This document shows positions 52,610 through 61,435 of a stretch of DNA of 61,435 nucleotides, in pieces. Below the pieces are notes generated by a model that saw nothing but the letters and a program-made list of their open reading frames with translations, was not told the origin of the DNA and made no database searches. Position 1 is the stretch's first letter; each line of letters opens with the position of its first letter. This stretch comes from an uncultured Nitrospiraceae bacterium (GTDB lineage: Bacteria; Hydrogenedentota; Hydrogenedentia; Hydrogenedentales; SLHB01), in NCBI GenBank assembly GCA_964632865.1, contig CAZWDH010000003.1:1-61435 (forward strand), given 5' to 3'. Position numbers and translations under genes: made by a program.

Positions 52610-53047
52610 ATGTCGACGACCAAGTACGAGGAGTTGGCCCGACGGGTTCCGCTCTTTCGGGGCCTCAGCCCGGAAGACGTCGCGAAGATCATGTCAAAAG
52701 GCATGACGATGGATGTCAAGAAGGGCGATGCGGTTTTCTACCAAGGCACGGTGGGCAATCAGATGTACGTGGTGCTCGGGGGGAGCGTCGGACTCTTTGA
52801 CGGCAAGAAGCACCTCGCCACGTTACGAGCCGGTGACATGTTCGGCGAAATGGCGCTCATCAACAACGAACCGCGCAGCGCAACTGCCACGGCCGCCGAA
52901 GACTGCCGCCTGTTCGTATTGAGCGAAACGACTTTTCAAAAGCTGATGACGAAGAAGGCGGCGATCCGCATTCTGCTGAATATCATCGGCACGATGAGCA
53001 AGCGGCTTCGCGACATGAACGCAAAAATGGCGCAGCTTTCGGAGTAG
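52610..53047 (+). CDS. Stand-alone cyclic-nucleotide-binding (CAP_ED) domain protein
   Basis: ATG at 52610 after GGAGG. VPLFRGLSPEDV...GDMFGEMALINNEPRSATATA phosphate-binding cassette. No output domain. 145 aa. Confidence 0.85.
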   Translation: MSTTKYEELARRVPLFRGLSPEDVAKIMSKGMTMDVKKGDAVFYQGTVGNQMYVVLGGSVGLFDGKKHLATLRAGDMFGEMALINNEPRSATATAAEDCRLFVLSETTFQKLMTKKAAIRILLNIIGTMSKRLRDMNAKMAQLSE

Positions 53048-53132
53048 CCTTGGCCACCGGCTTCCGTGACTGAGTCCTCGCCGGCCGTCTGGATTCCCAA
53101 TCCCGGAATTGCAGGTACCCACGGAGGATACA

Positions 53133-54350
53133 ATGCAGCGAGCCTTGATCGTGCTTGCAGGATGTCTTTTCGCGGCGACGGGTTTGACCCAAGCACCCGA
53201 CACGGGCACGCCGCGGGTGTTTCTGGTGGATGCGGAACGGCTCGTGGATGTGAGGGCGCGAATTGCCGCCGGCGACCCCGCTTTTGAACCAGCCTTTGCC
53301 AAATTGCTGCGCGACGCCGATGGCGCGATGGACGAGGGTCCGTTTACGGTGGTCTACAAACCCATGGACCCGCCGAGCGGCGACAAGCATGACTACATGA
53401 GCGTGGGCCCCTATTGGTGGCCGAATCCCGACACGGAAGATGGCTTGCCCTATGTGCGCCGGGACGGCGAGACCAATCCCGAGCGGCACAATTATGACAA
53501 CGTGGGACTCTCGAACATGTCCAGCGCGGTACGCACACTCGCGTTGGCGTACTTCCTGACAGGAAAAGAAACTTACGCTGAACGCGCGACGACACTGCTT
53601 CGGGTCTGGTTCCTGGACCCGGCCACCCGCATGAATCCCAACCTCAACTTTGGCCAGGCCATTCCCGGGCGCGTGGAAGGCCGCGGCGTCGGCATCATCG
53701 ATACCATGGGACTTCCCTTGGTCGTTGACGCCATCGGCATGCTGGGATCCACCGAGGCGTGGACGCAATCCGATCAGGAAAGTTTGCAGCAGTGGTTCTC
53801 CGATTATTTGGACTGGATGTTGAATCATCGCTACGGCAAGGACGAGCGCGGAGCGCGCAACAACCATGGGACGTGGTACGACGTGCAGGCCGTAAGCTTT
53901 GCACTATTCGCGGGCCGCGATGAACTCGCGAGGGAGATTCTCGAGTCTGTGCCGGAAAACCGGATTGCGAAGCACTTCGACCCCGACGGCAGCCAACCGC
54001 ACGAACTCGCGCGAACAAAGTCCTTCGGTTACAGTTGCATGAACCTCACGGGGTTCTTCTATCTCGCCGCACTTGGCGAGCGTTTCGACTTGGATCTGTG
54101 GCGCTACAAGACGAAAGACGGAAGCGGCTTGCGGCAGGGACTGGACTGGATTATCGATCACGCCTACGGCGACGGCGAATGGAAACATCAGAATTTGTCG
54201 CCGATCACACCGGACCGCCTGTTGCCATTACTTCGTATGGCGGCTATCGCCTATGAGGAACCGGCATACGAGCAGAAGCTCCACGAACTCGTGGCCGACG
54301 ACTGGGCCGCCGATCGCGTGAACCTGCTTTGGGGCGCGCCCAAAAACTGA
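53133..54350 (+). CDS. Secreted polysaccharide lyase with an alginate-lyase (PL5-like, alpha/alpha toroid) domain
   Basis: ATG at 53133 after GGAGGA. Signal MQRALIVLAGCLFAATGLTQA. DKHDYMSVGPYWWPNP, PYVRRDGETNPE and ARNNHGTWYDVQ motifs. Confidence 0.75.
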   Translation: MQRALIVLAGCLFAATGLTQAPDTGTPRVFLVDAERLVDVRARIAAGDPAFEPAFAKLLRDADGAMDEGPFTVVYKPMDPPSGDKHDYMSVGPYWWPNPDTEDGLPYVRRDGETNPERHNYDNVGLSNMSSAVRTLALAYFLTGKETYAERATTLLRVWFLDPATRMNPNLNFGQAIPGRVEGRGVGIIDTMGLPLVVDAIGMLGSTEAWTQSDQESLQQWFSDYLDWMLNHRYGKDERGARNNHGTWYDVQAVSFALFAGRDELAREILESVPENRIAKHFDPDGSQPHELARTKSFGYSCMNLTGFFYLAALGERFDLDLWRYKTKDGSGLRQGLDWIIDHAYGDGEWKHQNLSPITPDRLLPLLRMAAIAYEEPAYEQKLHELVADDWAADRVNLLWGAPKN

Positions 54351-54408
54351 ACGCGGGCAACGTGCCCGCGCTCAGAAATGGAATCGCCACCGCAAATATC
54401 GGCGTCGA

Positions 54409-54912
54409 TTAGTAGTCGAGGGTCTCCTTACGAATCTTTTCGGCTTGATCTTCGCGGAATGCATGAATCCGTTTCGCCAGCGCCGGATCCTGCAACGCCA
54501 GAATCGCCGCGGCGAATAGCGCGGCATTCCCCGCGCCCGCATCGCCAATCGCCAAGGTCGCTACGGGAATACCCTTCGGCATTTGGACCATCGAGAGCAG
54601 TGAATCCAGACCCTGAAGCGATTTTGACTGCATAGGCACGCCGAGCACGGGGAGCGTTGTCTTGGCGGCGACCACGCCTGCGAGATGGGCCGCGCCGCCC
54701 GCGGCCGCGATGAACACCTGGACGCCGCGCTTTTCCGCGTCGGCCATATACTCAAATAGTTCGTTGGGCGTGCGGTGCGCGGACAGGACGCGGCATTCGT
54801 GCTCGATTTCCAGCTTCTTGAGCATGTCGCTCGTGTTCTTCATACAGTCCCAGTCGCTCTTGCTTCCCATAACTACAGCCACCCGAGGGGCGCCCGATTT
54901 CGCTCCGGCCAT
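54409..54912 (-). CDS. purE: 5-(carboxyamino)imidazole ribonucleotide mutase
   Basis: 167 aa. VAVVMGSKSDW...SAHRTP...IAAAGGAAHLAGVVAA...PVLGVP. AAGGAG RBS. Confidence 0.95.
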   Translation of the reverse strand: MAGAKSGAPRVAVVMGSKSDWDCMKNTSDMLKKLEIEHECRVLSAHRTPNELFEYMADAEKRGVQVFIAAAGGAAHLAGVVAAKTTLPVLGVPMQSKSLQGLDSLLSMVQMPKGIPVATLAIGDAGAGNAALFAAAILALQDPALAKRIHAFREDQAEKIRKETLDY

Positions 54913-55179
54913 CGTGAGAATTCTCCTTTCGCATGTGTGACATTAGGTTGGCGCTGCCGCGCAGCGGGGATTTGGCGATGAAACAATAAAATGGTGCGAA
55001 TTATTCTACCCCGTTCAGACACGCAGCCGCATCTTTTCCCGGGAACTGAGGCGTATTTGGCCCGTGTGCATGGGAAGCGGTATAATCGGCGGTCGCCGTT
55101 CACAATCACACGCCGGAGTTGGGACTCCCGTGCGTAATTCTTGTGAGAAACCCTGCAATTGGAGTGAGAGAACCGTTCC

Positions 55180-56622
55180 ATGTCCGAGACAAAGCAGTTG
55201 GTTGAGCCGCGTACCTTGAAAGGCTTTCAGGATCTGTTGCCGGAAGACCTGATCCCCCGGAAAGCGGTCATCGCGTCCATTGAAACCGTCTTTCAGAAGT
55301 ACGGGTTCGCCCCGCTGGAGACCCCGGCACTCGAGCATCTGGACGTTCTCCTGGGCACCGGCGGCGAGGAAACCAACAAGGAACTGTTCCGCCAGGAAAG
55401 TCCCGAGGGCGAACCCATCGCCATGCGCTTCGATCTCACCGTGCCCTTCGCGCGGCTACTCGCCCAATACCCCGATAAACTCAAGGCCCCCTTCCGGCGC
55501 TACGCCATTGGCCCAGTCTGGCGGGCGGATAAACCTGGTCCCGGCCGGTTCCGGCAGTTCACCCAGTTCGACATCGACGCCGCGGGGTCGGAGTCGGTCG
55601 CGGTGGACGCGGAGATCATCTCCATCATGTGCGAAGTGATGGACGTGCTGGGCGTGCCGGACTATCGGGTCGTCATCAATAACCGCAAGGTCATCGATGC
55701 GCTCTTGTCCAGTTGCGGTATCGACGATCCCGGTCGCCAGAAACACGTCTTGCGCGTCATCGACAAGCTCGCCAAGGTGGGGATGGATAACGTTCGGCTC
55801 GAGCTGGGCCCCGGCCGGATCGACGATTCCGGCGATCCAATTCCGGGAGTTGGGCTTGATGACGAGACCATCGAGAAGGTGGTGTCCTTCGTTGGGCTCA
55901 AAGGCGGTACACGGGCGGAAGTTGTCGACCGATTGGCCAAGGCTCTGCCTGAAACCGAGGCGTCTGCCGAGGCGGTGGCGGAGATGCGCTCCCTCGCAGA
56001 TGCGCTGGCCGCACTCGGCGTCAGCGAATCTCACGCGGTTTTCGACCCGAGTCTCGCGCGTGGGCTCGACTATTACACGGGTCCCGTGTTCGAGACGGTT
56101 CTGCCGAGCGCGCCCGAGTTTGGGTCTGTCATGGGTGGCGGCCGCTACGACGGGCTTGTGTCTCGCTTCATGGACCGCGCCATCCCGAGCACGGGCATGT
56201 CCGTGGGGCTTGATCGGCTTCTCGCCGCATTGTCCCACCTCGGTCTCGTGACGCGTGAGCGAACGACGGTGCAGGCCCTCGTGGTCAGTCTCGGGGGCGT
56301 GCCGGAGGCGGAAGCGCTCAGAATCGCGAAGGAATTGCGGGACGCGGGCATCCGGGCGGAGGCCTATTTCGGCAAGAAACGGAACATGAAGGTGCAACTT
56401 TCCCACGCCGATCACTACGAAATCCCTGTCGCGGTCATCGTGGGTGGGGACGAGTTGGCTGCGGGGGTCGTATCGGTCAAAGATCTGCTTGCCGGCAAGC
56501 GGGAACGCGAGGAAATCGAAGATCGCGAAGCCTATCGGCAGGCCGGGAAGACCGGCCAGGTCACCGTGCCCCGGGGTGACATGATCGCGACCGTACAGGG
56601 GTATCTCGATTCGCAGTCCTAG
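55180..56622 (+). CDS. hisS: Histidine--tRNA ligase (long, ~480-aa form)
   Basis: Class II aaRS motifs: PRTLKGFQDLLP, FRRYAIGPVWRADKPGPGRFRQFTQFDIDA, GGGRYDGLV. C-terminal anticodon-binding domain. Confidence 0.92.
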   Translation: MSETKQLVEPRTLKGFQDLLPEDLIPRKAVIASIETVFQKYGFAPLETPALEHLDVLLGTGGEETNKELFRQESPEGEPIAMRFDLTVPFARLLAQYPDKLKAPFRRYAIGPVWRADKPGPGRFRQFTQFDIDAAGSESVAVDAEIISIMCEVMDVLGVPDYRVVINNRKVIDALLSSCGIDDPGRQKHVLRVIDKLAKVGMDNVRLELGPGRIDDSGDPIPGVGLDDETIEKVVSFVGLKGGTRAEVVDRLAKALPETEASAEAVAEMRSLADALAALGVSESHAVFDPSLARGLDYYTGPVFETVLPSAPEFGSVMGGGRYDGLVSRFMDRAIPSTGMSVGLDRLLAALSHLGLVTRERTTVQALVVSLGGVPEAEALRIAKELRDAGIRAEAYFGKKRNMKVQLSHADHYEIPVAVIVGGDELAAGVVSVKDLLAGKREREEIEDREAYRQAGKTGQVTVPRGDMIATVQGYLDSQS

Positions 56623-56744
56623 GTTAGCTTCATCTGGGCTGCCTCGCCCGCCCGGCCGTTGGCGCGCGGGAGCGACACCACGAAATCGCGCGCAACATCC
56701 GTTTCATGCTACACTTGCGCGCTTGGGTCTCTGGAGAAATTGGA

Positions 56745-57578
56745 ATGCTGGGTTTTCGAACACTGGTTCGGGATGCCTTGATCGAGGACATCGGGCAGGG
56801 CGACATTACGACGAATGCGACCGTTCCGCCGAACGTCCGCTGCAAAGCGCGTCTCTACGCGAAGCAGGATGGTGTGCTGAGTGGGATTACTATTTTTCGC
56901 ACCGTGTTCGAAGAATCCGGCGCGGAAATCGCCGATTGGTATTCGCTCGAAGACGGCACTCAATTTACTTCAGGACAGGACGTCGCCCTGTTTTCCGGCG
57001 TTACGCGGTGCGTGCTGGCCGGTGAACGCGTGGCGCTGAACTTTGTGCAGCGGCTCTCGGGTGTCGCGACGTTTACGGCGAAGTTTGTGGCCGAGGTCGA
57101 GGACTTGGGTGTGCGAATCTGCGATACACGCAAGACAACGCCTCTCATGCGCAATCTGGAAAAGCAGGCCGTCATTCACGGCGGCGGCGCGAACCACCGG
57201 TTTGCACTCTTCGACGGCGTTCTCATCAAGGAAAATCACATTACGGCGGCGGGCGGCGTGACGAATGCCGTGACTCGCGCCATCAAAGGCACCCATCATC
57301 TTATGAAGGTTGGCGTGGAAGTCACAAACCTCGCGGAGTTCGACGAGGCGATCGCGAGTGGCGCCGACGCGGTCTTGCTGGACAACATGAGCCTCGACGA
57401 CATGCGCGAGGCGGCGGAACGCGCGAAGGGACACAAGGTGGTGCTGGAGGCCAGTGGCAACGTGTGTCTGGAACGCCTGCGCGCCATCGCGGAGACCGGT
57501 GTGCACGTAATCTCTATCGGCGCGCTGACGCACTCGGCGCCGGCTATTGACTTCTCCATTGAAATCGCCAATGTCTAA
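56745..57578 (+). CDS. nadC: Nicotinate-nucleotide diphosphorylase (carboxylating)
   Basis: ATG at 56745 after GGAGAA. LIEDIGQGDITT, TRKTTPLMR, HRFALFDGVLIKENH, LLDNM. Confidence 0.93.
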   Translation: MLGFRTLVRDALIEDIGQGDITTNATVPPNVRCKARLYAKQDGVLSGITIFRTVFEESGAEIADWYSLEDGTQFTSGQDVALFSGVTRCVLAGERVALNFVQRLSGVATFTAKFVAEVEDLGVRICDTRKTTPLMRNLEKQAVIHGGGANHRFALFDGVLIKENHITAAGGVTNAVTRAIKGTHHLMKVGVEVTNLAEFDEAIASGADAVLLDNMSLDDMREAAERAKGHKVVLEASGNVCLERLRAIAETGVHVISIGALTHSAPAIDFSIEIANV

Positions 57579-58311
57579 GACGATTCGCCATCCCTTGACG
57601 CTTGCTACGCCATTAAACACGACGTTCGTCGGCTCGCGCGTACTGGTGTATGAAGAGGTCACATCGACCAACGACCGCGCCCTTGCCCTGGGCGGCGACG
57701 GGCTGGTCGTCGCCGCCGACATGCAGACGGCAGGGCGCGGGCGTCATGGCCGATCCTGGCACAGCGAACCCGGGCTGGGTCTATGGTTCAGCGTCGTATT
57801 TGAACGGCCACTGGAGGGATTGCCTATGGCCGCTCCCCTGGCCGTGCGCGATGTTTTGAAGGCCTGGGGCGAAGCTGTCGTCAAATGGCCAAATGACGTT
57901 CTCCTCAACGGACGCAAAGTTTGTGGCGTGCTCGTGGAAAGCCGGCGCAACCGCACGGCGCTGGGAATCGGCATCAACGTGCACCACACGGAGGAGGATT
58001 TCCCGTTTGAACTGCGCGACCGCGCGACCTCCGTGGAGATGGCATCGGGCAAAACGTGTGATCGACGGGTGCTGCTCCGGGATGTCCTGGTGCGACTCGA
58101 CGAGCGTGTCGCGCAATTGCGGGGCGGAGGCTTTGCTCAAATTCACGCGGAGTGGTCGGAGGCTTGCCATATCGTAGGACGCCGGATTCGTCACGAGGGC
58201 CGCGAAGGCTTCGTGCAGTCAATAGACCGCGACGGCGCGCTCGTCGTAGAGACGTCAAACGGGCGGGAACGAATTCTGTTGGGTGAGATCATCGAATTGG
58301 ACGGAGCCTAG
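57571..58311 (+). CDS. birA: Biotin--[acetyl-CoA-carboxylase] ligase, class I (no HTH domain)
   Basis: ATG at 57571 (8-nt overlap with nadC). QTAGRGRHGRSWHSEPGLGLWFS, KWPNDVLLNGRKVCGVLVE. Confidence 0.9.
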   Translation: MSKTIRHPLTLATPLNTTFVGSRVLVYEEVTSTNDRALALGGDGLVVAADMQTAGRGRHGRSWHSEPGLGLWFSVVFERPLEGLPMAAPLAVRDVLKAWGEAVVKWPNDVLLNGRKVCGVLVESRRNRTALGIGINVHHTEEDFPFELRDRATSVEMASGKTCDRRVLLRDVLVRLDERVAQLRGGGFAQIHAEWSEACHIVGRRIRHEGREGFVQSIDRDGALVVETSNGRERILLGEIIELDGA

Positions 58312-58316
58312 GACGG

Positions 58317-59090
58317 ATGCTGCTGGTCATTGACGTGGGCAACTCGCACACGGTGCTCGGCCTGTATGAGGGCGACGCGCTGCGTGCCAACTGGCGCCTG
58401 GTCACTTCCTATAAGACGGCGGACGAGTTGCTCGTCCTCTACACCATGTTGTTCCGGCAACAGGGTCTCGATCCCATGGCGGTGAACGGGTGCTGCATTT
58501 CGAGCGTCGTGCCCCAGTTCAATCACGAATTGGAAACGGTATGTAAGCGTGCTTTTGAAGTCGTGCCGCTCTTTGTAGGGCCGGGGATTCGCACGGGCAT
58601 CGTCATCCAGGTGGATAATCCAAAAGAAGTGGGCGCGGACCGTATCGTCAACGCCGTCGCCGCGGTGGAAGAGTATTCGGGGCCGCTAATCGTAGTGGAT
58701 TTCGGCACGGCCACGACCTTCGACGCCATCTCCGAAGCCCGCGAGTACCGCGGAGGCGTCATCGTGCCGGGATTGCAGATCTCGGCTGACGCCCTGTTCG
58801 AGAAGTGCGCGAAGCTGCCGCGCGTCGAGATTGCGCGGCCGGAAAACGTCATTGGTAAAGACACCATTTCCCACATCCGTGCCGGGCTAACCTATGGTTA
58901 TACGGACCTCGTGGATGGCTTGATCGGCCGCATCTCCACGGAGATGGAAGCGACTCCGACCGTAGTTGCTACGGGCGGTTTCGCGGGACTCATCGCCAAG
59001 ATCAGCACGAAGATCGACCACGTCGATCCTCTGCTGACCCTGAAAGGACTCAAGGCGGTTTACCGCAAGAACGAAAAGGTGCAGGCATGA
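58317..59090 (+). CDS. coaX: Type III pantothenate kinase
   Basis: MLLVIDVGNSHTVLGLY..., GADRIVNAVAA, VVDFGTATTFD. Confidence 0.93.
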   Translation: MLLVIDVGNSHTVLGLYEGDALRANWRLVTSYKTADELLVLYTMLFRQQGLDPMAVNGCCISSVVPQFNHELETVCKRAFEVVPLFVGPGIRTGIVIQVDNPKEVGADRIVNAVAAVEEYSGPLIVVDFGTATTFDAISEAREYRGGVIVPGLQISADALFEKCAKLPRVEIARPENVIGKDTISHIRAGLTYGYTDLVDGLIGRISTEMEATPTVVATGGFAGLIAKISTKIDHVDPLLTLKGLKAVYRKNEKVQA

Positions 59091-59695
59091 AGACGATGCA
59101 TCTAGTGCCATGGGCGCTTGTGCTGGCGCTGACCGCCGGGTGCAACAAACCGGCCTCGGAGACTCCGAAGGACGATGCGCCTTCCGAGACGGCAGCGCAG
59201 ACGACCGGCGATTCAACCGCTGCGGCGCCAGAAAGTGCCCAGGTCAACATGACGGGCAGTATGACGCTACGTCTGTTTGAACCCGATTTGGAAGGGGGCG
59301 AATCGCGCGAGGCGAGTTTTGAGATTTCCTCGCCCCAGTGTTCGCTGCTTGAGGACGGCCTGTGGGCGCTGACGCCGGCCACGGCCATTATCTACGGCGA
59401 CGATGGCGAACAAACGACTTTCCAGGCAGGCAGCGCCGAGTTCAACGAGAACGCCGATACCGCGTCGTTGCGCGACGGCGTCACCGTGGATTTTGGCCAA
59501 CAACACGTCGAGTTGCAGGACATGACTTGGAGCAACGCGGAGAGTCTCGCCACCTCGGAGAGTCCGCTCACGCTAACCGACGGCGAGACCCGGCTCTCCG
59601 CACAGGGTATGGAGTTTCACGCCGATTCCAAGAAGCTCCAACTGAACGGTGTCACGGGGACGGTAAGCCTGCAACAGGGAGGGGCGGCATCATGA
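59087..59695 (+). CDS. lptC: LptC-like periplasmic lipoprotein (LPS export)
   Basis: ATGA overlap with coaX. Lipobox LALTAGC. OstA/LptC-like beta-jellyroll strands (LRDGVTVDFG...LQDMTWSN...LTLTDGETRLSAQGMEFHADSKKLQLNGVTG). Immediately precedes lptA-lptB. Confidence 0.65.
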   Translation: MKTMHLVPWALVLALTAGCNKPASETPKDDAPSETAAQTTGDSTAAAPESAQVNMTGSMTLRLFEPDLEGGESREASFEISSPQCSLLEDGLWALTPATAIIYGDDGEQTTFQAGSAEFNENADTASLRDGVTVDFGQQHVELQDMTWSNAESLATSESPLTLTDGETRLSAQGMEFHADSKKLQLNGVTGTVSLQQGGAAS

Positions 59696-61101
59696 TCGCG
59701 CGAAGCCTCGTTGTGATCCTGGCCCTGGTCGCCCCAATCATCGCCGCGGCGCAGATGGGATCGACCCAGTACTCCTATATCGATATCGACAAAGCGGCGC
59801 CGCTGGTCGAGTTTGAGAATTCGCGGTTGACGCGGATCTCGGGCGGTGTGGAAATCGTGTTGCGCGGTGCGGACGAATCGGTCCGGCCCATGCGGCTCGA
59901 AGCCCAGGAAATTGCCTTTACCTGGTCCGAGCAAGGCGATTCCCCAACGACTATCAATCTGAACGAAAGCGTACGCGTGGACAGCCCGCAGGGCGACATC
60001 CGGTCCGCGCGCGCCGTATTGGATCTCAATGGCGGCGTGCTCACCTTCACCGGAAACGTCAGCGGGACGTCGGAGCAGATTACGTCGTTCCAGGCCGACG
60101 AAATCGTATACGACCTAAATTCCGGCGATTCGGAGATGGTCAATCTGCGCGCCACGGGCATTGGGCTCGGCGGGGGCGAAGGCGACGTGTCCACGCCGGA
60201 CTCCGGGTACTCGGAGATGGATATCGACCGCGCGGGCGCCGTGAAGTTCGTCGATGGCCAGGTCGAAACCATGTCCGGCGGCGTGTCGATTACCCTGCAA
60301 CCGGCCCAGGCCAACGCGCAACGCCTCAAGCTGGGCGCGTCAACAGTCGGAATCGCGTGGGCGCCCTCGGGACAACCAGCCGCGATTCAGATGCGCGGCA
60401 GCGTGCGGGTGGACGGACCCCAGGGCGACATCCGCTCCGAAAGGGCGGACCTCAACCTCGGCAAAAAGACGCTGGAATTCGCGGGGAACGTCAAAGGCAC
60501 GACGGAGCAGATCGAGGCCTTCGATACGGACACACTGACCTACAATCTCGATTCCGGCGATACGCTGATGACCAATCTCCGCGCGCAAGGGCTGGATATC
60601 GGCCAACCGGAACCCGAGGCGGAGTCCGGCGAGGAAGAATCGGCCAGCCCCTTTACCAAGATGGATATCGAGAAAGCGCCGGAAGTGTCCATGACGGCGG
60701 GAACCTTGAATTGGATGCGGGGCGGCGTGCAGATCCGCATCCATGGGCGCGAAGAAGATGCGCCGCCGCTGACGCTCGACGCGAACGAACTCACCTTCGC
60801 CTACTCCGAAGGCGCGGCGTCGCCGGACCGCGTGGTGATGACGGGGAATGTGGTCGTCGATGGCCCAAGCACCGACATTACATCGGACACGGCCGAGTTG
60901 AATATGGCGAGCAACACGCTGACCTTTACGGGGAACGTGAAAGGCAGTCAGCCCGGTCTTACCGGCGCGACGGCCCGGCGCGTGGTGTATGATCTCGCGA
61001 CCGGAAACATGAGCATGCAGGGCACGTCCATCGAAGAGATGGATCACCGCCGCATGAACGAAGAAACGGACAAGGCCGAGGAGCCGGCGCCCGTACAATA
61101 A
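59692..61101 (+). CDS. lptA: LptA/OstA-like periplasmic protein made of three tandem LptA modules (469 aa)
   Basis: ATG at 59692 (ATGA overlap with lptC). Signal [21 protein letters not shown]. Three ~130-aa repeats (nt 59773-60165, 60208-60600, 60652-61032) share MDIDxA, SGGVxI, [19 protein letters not shown], LxFxGNVxGTxEQI and YxLxSGDxxxxNLRAxG. Confidence 0.8.
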   Translation: MIARSLVVILALVAPIIAAAQMGSTQYSYIDIDKAAPLVEFENSRLTRISGGVEIVLRGADESVRPMRLEAQEIAFTWSEQGDSPTTINLNESVRVDSPQGDIRSARAVLDLNGGVLTFTGNVSGTSEQITSFQADEIVYDLNSGDSEMVNLRATGIGLGGGEGDVSTPDSGYSEMDIDRAGAVKFVDGQVETMSGGVSITLQPAQANAQRLKLGASTVGIAWAPSGQPAAIQMRGSVRVDGPQGDIRSERADLNLGKKTLEFAGNVKGTTEQIEAFDTDTLTYNLDSGDTLMTNLRAQGLDIGQPEPEAESGEEESASPFTKMDIEKAPEVSMTAGTLNWMRGGVQIRIHGREEDAPPLTLDANELTFAYSEGAASPDRVVMTGNVVVDGPSTDITSDTAELNMASNTLTFTGNVKGSQPGLTGATARRVVYDLATGNMSMQGTSIEEMDHRRMNEETDKAEEPAPVQ

Positions 61102-61123
61102 GCGGGAAGGGAGAAGCAGTTTC

Positions 61124-61435
61124 GTGTCTGGGAACGGTGTGCCCCTGTTGCGGGCGGATGGACTGGTTAAGCGGTTCAAGCGCCGCGTCGTCGTGAACGA
61201 CGTGTCCATCGAGGTCAATCCCGGCGAAGTGGTCGGCTTGCTCGGCCCCAACGGCGCGGGTAAGACGACGACCTTCCGCATGACCGTCGGTATGTTGCGC
61301 CCCACCAAGGGCAGCATCTGGTTCGCCGGGCAGGAAGTGACGCGCTTCCCCATGTACCGCCGCGCGCGGGCCGGCATGGCCTATTTGCCGCAGGAGCCTT
61401 CCGTCTTCCGCAAACTCACCGTGCGCCAGAACCTC
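61124..61435 (+). CDS. lptB: LPS export ABC transporter ATP-binding protein (partial, runs off the right edge)
   Basis: GTG at 61124 after GGGAAGGGAGAAG. ...[46 protein letters not shown]...[23 protein letters not shown]. Open to the window end. Confidence 0.9.
   Translation, partial: MSGNGVPLLRADGLVKRFKRRVVVNDVSIEVNPGEVVGLLGPNGAGKTTTFRMTVGMLRPTKGSIWFAGQEVTRFPMYRRARAGMAYLPQEPSVFRKLTVRQNL

Noticed and set aside
60340-61377. 345-aa ORF on the minus strand
   Set aside because: It is antisense to lptA and lptB, which have strong motif support. Its Arg/Pro/Gly-rich composition is typical of shadow ORFs in high-GC DNA.
1-61435. CRISPR arrays, IS elements/transposases, integrases, prophage genes, known defence systems, rRNA genes
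   Set aside because: I read both strands. There are no regularly spaced direct repeats and no DDE, tyrosine- or serine-recombinase, reverse transcriptase, phage structural, or defence ATPase/nuclease motifs. The only RNA gene found is tRNA-Ala.

Overview
High-GC bacterial chromosomal window with dense coding on both strands. A DUF1559-type pseudopilin, many Tat- or Sec-exported glycan enzymes and DUF1080/BNR/NHL proteins suggest a Planctomycetota/PVC-like or related candidate-phylum saprophyte. All homology calls were made by eye from motifs; nothing was searched.

Gene content, left to right:
1. A zinc-homeostasis island: a P1B-2 exporter and zur, divergent from znuACB plus a His-rich protein.
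2. Carbohydrate-foraging operons: GH29 fucosidase, BNR/sialidase-fold proteins, an NHL propeller, a DUF1080-TIM-barrel fusion, a beta-helix protein, a GH140-like protein, a GH42/14-like protein and an alginate-lyase-fold protein. Two CUT1 ABC sugar importers lack their ATPase.
3. Signalling singletons: an orphan CheB with an apparently dead receiver, a PilZN-PilZ-pseudoREC protein, an HD-GYP protein, an EIIA(Ntr)-zinc-ribbon fusion and a stand-alone cNMP-binding protein.
4. One tRNA-Ala(GGC) and an AAC(3)-I-like acetyltransferase.
5. A housekeeping block: purE, hisS, nadC-birA-coaX and lptC-lptA-lptB. The lptA here is a fused triple LptA.

I found no CRISPR array, transposase, integrase, reverse transcriptase or recognisable defence-system ATPase or nuclease.

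The most system-like or novel items:
- the triple-module LptA;
- the EIIA(Ntr)/HP0958-type Zn-ribbon fusion with its cNMP-binding neighbour;
- the duplicated-motif His-rich protein at the end of the predicted Zur regulon;
- a translationally coupled DUF5063-like/unknown gene pair;
- a Tat-signal DHDPS/NAL-family aldolase;
- three families of long palindromic intergenic elements.

Many long ORFs in the track are antisense shadows of real genes, as expected in high-GC DNA, and were rejected.
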